Positions 1-8,674 of a stretch of 64,000 nucleotides of DNA are shown here, piece after piece. The notes below the pieces were generated by a model. It saw nothing but the letters and a program-made list of their open reading frames with translations, ran no database searches and had not been told where the DNA came from. Source of the DNA: an uncultured Eubacteriales bacterium (GTDB lineage: Bacteria > Bacillota_I > Bacilli_A > RFN20 > CAG-826); the NCBI GenBank assembly GCA_963652335.1, contig CAVJSS010000002.1:97330-161329 (forward strand), read 5' to 3'. The translations under genes were made by a program, and so were the position numbers. Every line of letters starts with the position of its first letter. The stretch's first letter is position 1.

Positions 1-232
1 CATCAACCTCGAATTGCATTCCAAGAGCGTCTACTTGTTCAAACATCAATTCAATGAGCTCAACGCCAGAAATCGATTTCTGGGCTGGGAAATTCTCGAC
101 CTTTGGCGAATCGGCTATTTGGCCTCCGAAGCTCTCCTTCTCCAACAAGAGAACACTCCGGCCGGCTCTTAAGGAATAGAGGGCCGCCGTCAAAGCGGCA
201 GGCCCTCCACCAATGATGATTATGTCAGTCAT
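1..232 (-). CDS. trxB: thioredoxin-disulfide reductase (5' part; gene continues beyond window start)
   Basis: Reverse complement of 1-232 translates to MTDIIIIGGGPAALTAALYSLRAGRSVLLLEKESFGGQIADSPKVENFPAQKSISGVELIELMFEQVDALGMQFEVD. This carries the FAD-binding GxGxxA motif and is the typical TrxR N-terminus. Its ATG overlaps the nrdD stop by 1 nt (TAATG). Confidence 0.8.
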   Translation of the reverse strand, partial: MTDIIIIGGGPAALTAALYSLRAGRSVLLLEKESFGGQIADSPKVENFPAQKSISGVELIELMFEQVDALGMQFEVD

Positions 233-2616
233 TATCTTTTCAAAGACTCGATATAAGCCTTGATGTTTGAGGCGTTTTCATATGCTTCGAAGGCGCCTCC
301 AGAAGTAGGGACAAGCAAGGTTGGAGCCTTGACTATCCCTAAGGCGACGGCTTGCTCTTTGTTTTCATAAGCATCAACGTTTTTATATGTGATGCCAGAC
401 ATATCGAGCAGTCTTTTGGCCATTTTGCAGTTTGGGCAGGTCGCGGAAGTGAATAATGTCAATTCGGTTATGGATGGTTTGGAACATTGTTCATCCCTTG
501 GCTTAGCCATGGATTCTCCAAAGACGATTCCGTCATGGGATCTCGAGGTGTTCAGGTCGTAAACCTTACGATCCCTGAATTCTTGGGATTTCCCGGCGTT
601 CCAGTTTCTGACCGGCCTATAATAACCGGTTATTCTTGAATATACCTCGGTGTCGCGTTTGCAAATCGGACACTTATAGACTTCTCCGGTCAAATATCCA
701 TGTTCTGAGCAAACCGAGTAAGTTGGGGACATGGTGTAGTATGGGAGCCTATAGTTGGTGGCGATGGTCCTTACCAAACGCATGGTAGATTCCCAATCTG
801 GCAGTTTTTCTCCCAAGAAAGTATGGAAGACCGTTCCGGAAGTATATAAGGTTTGGAATCTATCTTGAATATCCAGAGCCGAGAAGATGTCTTCCGTATA
901 ACCGACAGGCAAATGGGAAGAGTTGGTGTAATAAGGGGTCTCTCCTGGCTCACCGGCGGTGATTATGTCTGGATAGCGCTCACGATCATGTTTGGCCAAA
1001 CGATATGAAGTAGATTCGGCCGGAGTGGCTTCCAAATTGTAGAGATCGCCATATTTTTCCTGATAATCGGACAAACGGGTTCTCATGTGATTAAGGACCT
1101 CTTCGGTGAAATCCTGGGCTTCAGGATTGGTTAAGTCCTTTTTGATCCAACGGGCATTCAAACACGCTTCGTTCATGCCGACTAAGCCAATCGTTGAGAA
1201 GTGATTGTTGAAGGTTCCCAAATAATGTTTGGTGTACGGATACAATCCGGCTTCTAAGAAACTGCTGATGGCTTTGCGCTTGATATTCAAAGATCTAGCG
1301 GAGATATCCATCAACTTATCCAACCTGTCGAAGAAATCCTTCTTATCGGTGGAAAGATAGGCGATACGCGGCATGTTCAAAGTAACCACGCCGACGGAAC
1401 CGGTTGATTCGCCGGAACCGAAGAATCCTCCTGATTTCTTACGCAATTCGCGCAAATCCAAACGGAGACGGCAACACATTGATCTGACATCGGATGGTTG
1501 CATATCCGAATTGATGTAGTTGGAGAAATATGGGGTACCGTATTTCGCTGTCATTTCAAACAAAAGCCTGTTGTTTTCGGTGTCGGACCAGTCGAAATCG
1601 CGGGTGATCGAATAGGTAGGAATAGGATATTGAAATCCACGTCCGTGATAATCTCCCTCAATCATTATTTCGATAAACGCTTTGTTGATCATGTCCATTT
1701 CGGCTTTGCAATCTTTGTATTTGAAATCCATTTCCTTACCGCCGACGATGCAATTCAATTCAGCCATGTCGTTAGGCACCGTCCAATCCAAAGTGACGTT
1801 GGTGAAAGGGGCTTGGGTACCCCAACGAGATGGGGTATTGACGCCATAAATAAAGGATTGGATGCATTGTTTGACTTGCTTATAGGTAAGATTATCGACT
1901 TTGACGAATGGAGCCAAATAAGTATCGAAACTGGAAAAGGCCTGGGCTCCAGCCCATTCATTTTGCATGATTCCCAAGAAGTTGACCATCTGGTTGCAAA
2001 GAGTCATCAAATGCTTAGCTGGAGAAGATGTGATTTTGCCAGGAACCCCGCCCAATCCTTCTTGGATCAGCTGTTTCAAAGACCAACCAGCGCAATAGCC
2101 GGTCAACATCGAAAGATCATGGATATGGATGTCGGCGTTCCTATGGGCGTCAGCTATCTCCTGGTCATAGATTTGGCTCAGCCAATAGTTGGCCGTGACG
2201 GCGCCTGAATTAGAAAGGATCAAACCGCCGACCGAATAAGTGACAGTGGAATTTTCCTTGACGCGCCAATCGTTCAGATTCAAATATTTGTCAACTACCG
2301 AAGCGTAATTTATCTCAGTCTTCTTCAAATCGCGCATATTCTGATGCAAACGACGGTAATTCATGTAGGCTCTTGCCACATCCACGTATCCAGCCTGAAT
2401 CAAAACGATTTCAACCGAATCTTGGATATCTTCAATGCCGATGATGCCATCTTTGATCTTACTATCGAAATTTGCGGCGGTACGCAACGCCAACAATTCA
2501 AGAATGCTTTTGTCAATGGCTCTGTGAACTTCTTCGAAAGCCTTGCCGATAGCGGTTTCGATCTTCGTGATATCGAAGTCGACTACGCTATGGTCTCTTT
2601 TTTCCACTCTAATCAT
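232..2616 (-). CDS. nrdD: anaerobic ribonucleoside-triphosphate reductase (class III, NrdD) with C-terminal glutaredoxin-like domain
   Basis: 794 aa ORF. N-terminal ATP-cone (MIRVEKRDHSVVDFDITKIETAIGKAFEEV). Cys-rich Zn site (CSEHG...CPIC) followed by the glycyl-radical motif SRITGYY. An extra ~110 aa C-terminal tail ends in a thioredoxin-fold CPNC motif (TCPNCKMAKRLL...). Confidence 0.9.
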   Translation of the reverse strand: MIRVEKRDHSVVDFDITKIETAIGKAFEEVHRAIDKSILELLALRTAANFDSKIKDGIIGIEDIQDSVEIVLIQAGYVDVARAYMNYRRLHQNMRDLKKTEINYASVVDKYLNLNDWRVKENSTVTYSVGGLILSNSGAVTANYWLSQIYDQEIADAHRNADIHIHDLSMLTGYCAGWSLKQLIQEGLGGVPGKITSSPAKHLMTLCNQMVNFLGIMQNEWAGAQAFSSFDTYLAPFVKVDNLTYKQVKQCIQSFIYGVNTPSRWGTQAPFTNVTLDWTVPNDMAELNCIVGGKEMDFKYKDCKAEMDMINKAFIEIMIEGDYHGRGFQYPIPTYSITRDFDWSDTENNRLLFEMTAKYGTPYFSNYINSDMQPSDVRSMCCRLRLDLRELRKKSGGFFGSGESTGSVGVVTLNMPRIAYLSTDKKDFFDRLDKLMDISARSLNIKRKAISSFLEAGLYPYTKHYLGTFNNHFSTIGLVGMNEACLNARWIKKDLTNPEAQDFTEEVLNHMRTRLSDYQEKYGDLYNLEATPAESTSYRLAKHDRERYPDIITAGEPGETPYYTNSSHLPVGYTEDIFSALDIQDRFQTLYTSGTVFHTFLGEKLPDWESTMRLVRTIATNYRLPYYTMSPTYSVCSEHGYLTGEVYKCPICKRDTEVYSRITGYYRPVRNWNAGKSQEFRDRKVYDLNTSRSHDGIVFGESMAKPRDEQCSKPSITELTLFTSATCPNCKMAKRLLDMSGITYKNVDAYENKEQAVALGIVKAPTLLVPTSGGAFEAYENASNIKAYIESLKR

Positions 2617-3015
2617 AGGTTTCCCCTCTAATTGCCACTTTCGCTAAGGGGATAAAAAACCACTCATCAGGCGAATCCTGAATCGTGCGTGCATTATCCT
2701 TTTTTGAAAGGGTGCACAAATATTAGCGAAACTTTTTTTGAATTTAAACTAATTTGCTCAGCTGATTTCCGTCAGCTATGAATAGATGTTCGAAATTCAA
2801 ATAAAAATAAGGGCTTTCATACATGTTTTTCATCGTGAGTATATGAGCGTCAAACTTTCAATGATGTTTCTTCCAAAAATATACAATGTCTAAAATAGGC
2901 TAGCAAAATATAGCCGTTATCGAAAAAAGCCTTTTGGAGAGTTTTTTTGACCTACGAACTCGTTCTTATTGCAAATGCAATTTCTCCTTACTATCATCAC
3001 TTTTAGGGAGAAATT

Positions 3016-3688
3016 TATGTCCAAAGAAAGTGTCTCTAAAGAAGAGAAAAAAGCAAAAAAAGAATCCAAAAAAGACAAGAAAGCCATCGAAAAGGAAGCC
3101 AAAAAGAGAATCAAAGGTCTCTGGGGAGAATTCAAAGCATTCATATCTCGTGGCAATGTCCTTGATATGGCTGTTGGCGTCGTTATCGGCGGAGCGTTCA
3201 GCGCGATTGTCACTTCTGTCGTAAACGTATTGCTTAGCGTTTGCACCTGGGGAGTGCCTGGCGGAATAACCGGTTTGATAACCGTCTTGCCTGCCGCAAA
3301 TGCAACTCAAGCCGGCATAACCGGCGTTGGCCAAACGTTCTTGGCTTCTGACCTTGTAGCAGCCACGGAAGCATATGCTCATAGTGTTTACAACGTGACC
3401 GTCGACCCAGGTGATGTGTTGTTCCTCGATTATCAAGCCCAGTTGCTTAAGTCCTATACCCTTTATGGCAACACCTACGTTTATAGTGGAGCCGCTATCA
3501 TCAATTGGGGAGCGATAATCAATGCCGTTATCTCTTTCTTGATCATCGCGATCGTTTTGTTCACCATCATCAAAGTCGTTGCCCGCATTCGTTCTCAAGC
3601 TGTTCACGCCGCTGAAAAAATCAAAGAACAGCTTCCTGAAGATAAGAATGAAAACAAAAAACCTTCAGAAGATAAAAAAGCCGAATAA
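3016..3688 (+). CDS. mscL: large-conductance mechanosensitive channel MscL, atypical long form
   Basis: MscL signature [29 protein letters not shown] after a K-rich N-terminal tail. Start chosen at the ATG at 3016 preceded by AGGGAG. ~224 aa versus ~130-150 aa for canonical MscL, because of a long TM1-TM2 loop and K/E-rich tails. Confidence 0.8.
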
Positions 3689-3743
3689 TCATCGCTTCTT
3701 GAATAATTTGGTTAATCCCGGAACAAAAAGGCTCTGGGATTTT

Positions 3744-4619
3744 TCATTTCATTTTAGAGACGATGTATTCTGCATATATTTTGGCGACATTGATATTCGT
3801 GAAGCGCTCAAATCCTTTTATGAAGGCGTTGCTATTCACTTCGCAAAGGATTGGCTCATCGTTAGGGCCTATCAAAAGATCCACGCCGCAATAATTCAAT
3901 TTAAGTATCGAGGCCGCTTTTTCGGCTACTTTGATATACTTTTCGCTTAATTCGATCGGTTTAGCCATGCCGCCCAGCGCTATATTCGAACGGAAATCGT
4001 TTTCGTTTTGCCTTTTCATTGCGCCGACAGCCTTCCCACCGATGACGATAATCCTATAATCTGTTCCGAAAGAAGTTCCTATGTATTCTTGAAAAAGGGT
4101 GGGGATATTCAAATTCGCTTTTGAAAAAGAAACCAAATCATTATGGTTTTTCAAAAGGAAAACGCCAGCTCCCATAGAACCGTAGGCTCTTTTTGCCACA
4201 AATGGATAAGAAAAAGAATTCTCGATGATTTCCAAAAAATCCGAATTGTCTGAATTGAAGTAATTTAAAGGAGATCCGATTGTTTTTGGCATTTTTATTT
4301 CGTTGTTTGACAAAGTGATATAGGTAAGCATTTTATCATCGCACAAGCGGATTGATTCAGCGCTGTTAAACAAATGAACGCCCGCTTTTTCCAATAAATT
4401 CGAAAGATATTTGTCTTTATCTAGAAACAAGACGAATTTTCCCAAATCTGCATCGATTGATATGTTTCCATTTTTGTCTATGTGCGAAATCAATTCCGTC
4501 GTTTTTCTTAGTTCCAACTCAAAGCCAAGTTTAAGAAGCTCCTCTTTCATTCGTTGATAGAAGTTCTCCAAGCCTTCCAAAAACACATATCCGTTTACGA
4601 TTGCGCTAGCTTTTTGCAT
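3744..4619 (-). CDS. RimK-like ATP-grasp ligase (alpha-L-glutamate ligase family)
   Basis: 291 aa. ATP-grasp fold motifs (PFVAKRAYGSMGAGVFLL, DYRIIVIGGKAVGAMKR, CGVDLL...EVNSNA) typical of the RimK/LysX family. Confidence 0.7.
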   Translation of the reverse strand: MQKASAIVNGYVFLEGLENFYQRMKEELLKLGFELELRKTTELISHIDKNGNISIDADLGKFVLFLDKDKYLSNLLEKAGVHLFNSAESIRLCDDKMLTYITLSNNEIKMPKTIGSPLNYFNSDNSDFLEIIENSFSYPFVAKRAYGSMGAGVFLLKNHNDLVSFSKANLNIPTLFQEYIGTSFGTDYRIIVIGGKAVGAMKRQNENDFRSNIALGGMAKPIELSEKYIKVAEKAASILKLNYCGVDLLIGPNDEPILCEVNSNAFIKGFERFTNINVAKIYAEYIVSKMK

Positions 4620-4685
4620 GCGAGAATTATAACAAAGATCATAAATCTTATTGTAGTGGCAAAATAATGTTAGAATAATGACATT

Positions 4686-6812
4686 ATGAAAATAGAACCC
4701 ATTACTTCTTTAAGAAATACCAATCAATTGGAATCTGACTTAGCCAAATATGATGAGCCGATCTATATCACAAAAAACGGATGTGGCCATTTGGTGGTCA
4801 TGACGATGAAACAATATGAATCGATGAGATCCGGTTTAGACAAGAACACAGAAACCGATGATATCCAAACAAACTTTTCAATCAAAAAACAAAGCCAGTC
4901 AGAGGGTTTTGTTCGCGTTAGGGCATCATCTTTAACAGTCCACGTTGCCTCGATCAAAGAAAATATCAACGAGATCAAAAAAGAAATTAAGAAGGCCGTT
5001 GAAGAAAATGTGCATATCCTGGTTTTGCCAGAACTGAGTTTGACTGGTTATACCTGCGGAGATCTTTTTAGAATCGAGAAGCTTCAAAGAGATGCTTCGA
5101 AAGGCGTTGAAGAAATTGCCGAATACACGAAAGGATTGCCGATCTTGGTGGTCATCGGCGCCCCATTAGCCAAAGACAACGACTTATATAATTGCGCAGT
5201 GGTGTGCAACGAAGGAAAAATTCTTGGAGTCGTTCCGAAAACATTCATTCCCAATTATAAGGAATTTTATGAAAAACGATATTTCAAAAGCGGATATGGG
5301 CGCACCGGAACAATTGCTATAGAAAATCAAGAATATCCTTTCGGAACAAATTTGATATTTGTCAATGAAAGATATGAAAAACTGAAAATAGGAATCGAAA
5401 TCTGCGAGGATCTCTGGGTTCCAGACGCACCAAACGTTTCTTTGTGCATGGCTGGAGCTACATTGATATTGAACCTTTCTTCATCCAATGAAACGGCCGG
5501 CAAGCAAAATTATCGCCGCGATCTTATCAATACGACATCAGCTAGAGATATCTGTGCTTATGCGTATGCCTGCTCCGGCCGTAGCGAATCAACGACTGAT
5601 TTGATCTTTTCTGGCCACAATATGATTTGCGAGAATGGCGAAATACTTGCTGAGACTAAATTATTTTCCAATGGGGAAGCAACGGCGGACATTGATTTAG
5701 ATTCCATTTTGGCCAAGAGACGCATCTCTGATACATTCGATCACAAAACAGAAAAAAAATTCGCTTGGATTGGCTTTGATTTGCCTATCGAAAAGCCAAT
5801 TTCGCTTAAAAGATCTTTGATGCGCTATCCTTTTTTGCCTAATGGCGATAACATAAAAAAAGATCTAGAAGCAGCCAAAACCATAATCGCTATGCAAGCC
5901 GTAGGCCTCTTGAAGAGATTGGAAACCATTAAAAGCAAATCTGTCTATATTGGTCTATCCGGCGGGCTGGATTCTACGTTGGCCTTATTGGTCGCCGTAG
6001 AAGCTTTTAAGATGGCGAATTGGGATTTGAAAGGCATTCACGCAATAACTTTGCCGGCATTTGGTACTTCTAGCAGAACTCATGACAATGCGGTCAAACT
6101 AGCTGATGCCTTAGGTGTTGATTTTGAAGAAATAAACATAAAAGATAGCGTCCTTTCCCATTTCAAAGACACGAAGCACGACCCTGATGTTCATAATTTG
6201 GCTTATGAAAACGCTCAAGCGAGAATGAGAACCATGGTCTTGATGGATATAGCCAATGAACGAGGTGGTTTGATGGTTGGGACTGGAGATTTGTCCGAAC
6301 TTTGCTTAGGGTGGTGCACTTATGGCGGAGACCATATGTCGATGTATGGGGTAAACGCTTCGATTCCCAAGACTTTAGTCAGATATTTGGTTGAGGCTTA
6401 TGCGGAAATCTACCCTATAGCCGCAGAACCATTGAATGATATTTCCGCAACTCCGATCTCCCCGGAATTGCTGCCACCAAACGGAAAAGAAGGGATAACC
6501 CAAGTCACGGAAGACGTGGTTGGGCCATATGTTTTGAATGACTTTTTCATTTATTGCTACTTGGCACACGGCTTCGGCCCTAGAAAAATATACTTCTTGG
6601 CTTTGGAAGCGTTTAAAGGTATATATACTCCTGAAATAATCAAAGGGTGGTTATTGAATTTCTTCACGAGGTTCTTTAAGAACCAATTCAAGAGAAGCTG
6701 TTTGCCGGATGGACCGAAAATAACGTCTGTCAGCATTTCTCCTAGAGGAGACTGGAGGATGCCATCTGACGCTTCGGCAGATGATTATTTAGACGAGATA
6801 CGATCACTTTAG
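4686..6812 (+). CDS. nadE: glutamine-dependent NAD(+) synthetase (CN-hydrolase + NAD synthase domains) with N-terminal Phd/YefM-like extension
   Basis: 708 aa. Nitrilase-type domain (VHILVLPELSLTGY...IEICEDLW) followed by the PP-loop NAD synthase domain (GLSGGLDSTLALLVAVEA). The first ~55 aa resemble the Phd/YefM antitoxin fold (EPIYITKNGCGHLVVMTMKQYESM). Confidence 0.85.
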   Translation: MKIEPITSLRNTNQLESDLAKYDEPIYITKNGCGHLVVMTMKQYESMRSGLDKNTETDDIQTNFSIKKQSQSEGFVRVRASSLTVHVASIKENINEIKKEIKKAVEENVHILVLPELSLTGYTCGDLFRIEKLQRDASKGVEEIAEYTKGLPILVVIGAPLAKDNDLYNCAVVCNEGKILGVVPKTFIPNYKEFYEKRYFKSGYGRTGTIAIENQEYPFGTNLIFVNERYEKLKIGIEICEDLWVPDAPNVSLCMAGATLILNLSSSNETAGKQNYRRDLINTTSARDICAYAYACSGRSESTTDLIFSGHNMICENGEILAETKLFSNGEATADIDLDSILAKRRISDTFDHKTEKKFAWIGFDLPIEKPISLKRSLMRYPFLPNGDNIKKDLEAAKTIIAMQAVGLLKRLETIKSKSVYIGLSGGLDSTLALLVAVEAFKMANWDLKGIHAITLPAFGTSSRTHDNAVKLADALGVDFEEINIKDSVLSHFKDTKHDPDVHNLAYENAQARMRTMVLMDIANERGGLMVGTGDLSELCLGWCTYGGDHMSMYGVNASIPKTLVRYLVEAYAEIYPIAAEPLNDISATPISPELLPPNGKEGITQVTEDVVGPYVLNDFFIYCYLAHGFGPRKIYFLALEAFKGIYTPEIIKGWLLNFFTRFFKNQFKRSCLPDGPKITSVSISPRGDWRMPSDASADDYLDEIRSL

Positions 6813-6826
6813 GGGAGAACACATCC

Positions 6827-7414
6827 ATGAACAAAAAGAGCCGCTTTTACGAAATTCTTCGTTTTGCGGTGACTGGCATTGTTGCCACCATCGTAGATTT
6901 TGCCGTTTCCTACGTTTTGCGTTTCGCATTCAAAAACAATTGGAATGCAGTCGATGCTTCTGGGCAGTTCATCAATACTACTCTTCATTATGTTGCGACA
7001 GGCATTTGCGTCTCGGCCGGCTTTATAGTTTCTTTGGTCGTTAACTGGTTCATGTCCAAACTTTGGGTTTTCCAAAACGTCGATAAAGAAAAGAATTACA
7101 ACAAAGCCAAATACGTCTGGGGTTTCATCGGCCTTTCTGTTGGTGGGTTTGCCCTAGGAACTGGCTTGATGGTGCTTGGAGAATATATTTGCCAAGCGGC
7201 ATGGGGCGTCCAATATCCTTCGAATCCGTTTGATGAAAACATCTGGGGGAATTTATTCAATAAAGGCGGGCTATCTTTTTGGCTATATGTCATAATGTTC
7301 GGAATCAAAACGGTCGTTGTTCTTGTTTATAATTACATCACTAGAAAATTTCTCATTTTCAAAGAGCCAAAAGAAACTAAGCCCAAGGAGGAAAACCAAA
7401 CCGTCAGCAGATAA
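6827..7414 (+). CDS. GtrA-family membrane protein
   Basis: 195 aa. N-terminal FYEILRFAVTGIVATIVDFAVSYVL, characteristic of GtrA-like polysaccharide-synthesis membrane proteins. Multiple TM helices. SD AGGGGAG upstream. Confidence 0.6.
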   Translation: MNKKSRFYEILRFAVTGIVATIVDFAVSYVLRFAFKNNWNAVDASGQFINTTLHYVATGICVSAGFIVSLVVNWFMSKLWVFQNVDKEKNYNKAKYVWGFIGLSVGGFALGTGLMVLGEYICQAAWGVQYPSNPFDENIWGNLFNKGGLSFWLYVIMFGIKTVVVLVYNYITRKFLIFKEPKETKPKEENQTVSR

Positions 7415-7438
7415 AGACAGTTTAGTCAATTTATCAAT

Positions 7439-8581
7439 ATGAGGAAGGCAATTATAGTCGGGGGGGGAGCAGCAGGAATATTCACTGCTCTTTCATTATC
7501 TGAAAACTGTAAGGATGTATCGATAGAAATTATTGAAAAAGAACTTAAGTTAGGCAAAAAATTAAAGGCAACAGGAAATGGTCATGCCAATATTTTGAAT
7601 CGTGAACTCAATTTGTCCTCATATAACCATAAAAACCTAAAATTTTGCAGTATTCTATCAAATTTCAGTTTCGATGACCTTCTAGAACAATATGAAAGAT
7701 GGAATGTGCCAACAATGTTTGTCGGAAGCCTTGGCTATCCGCTGGTTTATCACGCTCCAAGTTTTGTCAATCATCTCGAAGGACTGCTTGTTAAGAAAAA
7801 TATAAAAATCACATTAGGCGCAACTGTTTTTGGTTATCATCACGTCAATAACAAAATCGTTCTCGACACCAGCGTTGGTACCAAGACATGCGATAAGTTG
7901 ATTATCACTTCAGGCGGCTCTTCATCCCCAAAACTGGGAAGCGATGGATCCTTGTTTGAACTGTTGCGTGGCAAAGGCTATCTGATTTCTGATTTGTTTC
8001 CTGGCCTAGCCCCAATTAAAACCAAAGAAAAGATATCTAAGGCCTTGGTGGGCCTTCGCCATAAAGCCTCCATTTCCTTAAAAGATGGCAATGGGCCGAC
8101 AATCTATAGAGAAAACGGAGAATATCTTTATAAAAAAGACGGTCTTTCCGGAATTTGCATTATGAACATTTCCTCCATAATAAAATGGAACAATCTTAAA
8201 AAACCAGTCATCCACATCGATCTTTTCCCTAATCAGGATGTTTCTAATTTCGTTTCCGAGAGCAATGAAAACGAAGCGGTTCTCGAACATTCTTTATATC
8301 AAGAAGTTCTTGATCAAACCAAAAAGAGAAACATAAGTATCAACGAAGCCGTTCATGATTTGAGTTATTCATATTCTTCGGATTATGGATTCGAGGACAG
8401 CCAAGCAACCATTGGCGGAATCGAAGAAAGCTGTGTTAACGAAGACTTGTCATCTTCAATCGAAAATAATATATATTTTGCTGGCGAAATATTGGATTTC
8501 GATGGACTTTGTGGCGGTTTTAACCTTATGTGGGCATTAATTAGCGCCTTAACTGTAAGTCGCTCATTAAGAGCGAGCTAA
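7439..8581 (+). CDS. HI0933/BaiN-family NAD(P)/FAD-dependent flavoprotein
   Basis: 380 aa. N-terminal dinucleotide-binding IIVGGGAAGIF plus the KATGNGHANILN motif (TGxGRCN-like) typical of the HI0933 family. The gene is conspicuously AT-rich relative to its neighbours. Confidence 0.7.
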   Translation: MRKAIIVGGGAAGIFTALSLSENCKDVSIEIIEKELKLGKKLKATGNGHANILNRELNLSSYNHKNLKFCSILSNFSFDDLLEQYERWNVPTMFVGSLGYPLVYHAPSFVNHLEGLLVKKNIKITLGATVFGYHHVNNKIVLDTSVGTKTCDKLIITSGGSSSPKLGSDGSLFELLRGKGYLISDLFPGLAPIKTKEKISKALVGLRHKASISLKDGNGPTIYRENGEYLYKKDGLSGICIMNISSIIKWNNLKKPVIHIDLFPNQDVSNFVSESNENEAVLEHSLYQEVLDQTKKRNISINEAVHDLSYSYSSDYGFEDSQATIGGIEESCVNEDLSSSIENNIYFAGEILDFDGLCGGFNLMWALISALTVSRSLRAS

Positions 8582-8674
8582 TTTCCCATTAGTTGACTAT
8601 CTTGCAAAGATAGATATAATTTTTTCGTTTCACTGCAGATGTTCGTTTGAAATCGGCAGCGGTTAGGAGAGTTT

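Noticed and set aside
2617-3015. Searched the 399-nt nrdD/mscL divergent region for NrdR boxes (acaCwAtATaTwGtgt), a cobalamin riboswitch or another structured element.
   Set aside because: Only weak partial matches were found (for example GCACAAATATTAGCG at 2714-2728) and short hairpins (GGCTAgcaaaataTAGCC). There is no paired-box arrangement and nothing convincing enough to call.
2917-3607. Overlapping ORFs on both strands around the mscL start (2917-3246 minus, 2934-3224 plus, 2966-3607 minus).
   Set aside because: They are low-complexity translations of the lysine-codon-rich 5' end of mscL and its antisense. The MscL frame with an SD is the only one with recognisable homology.
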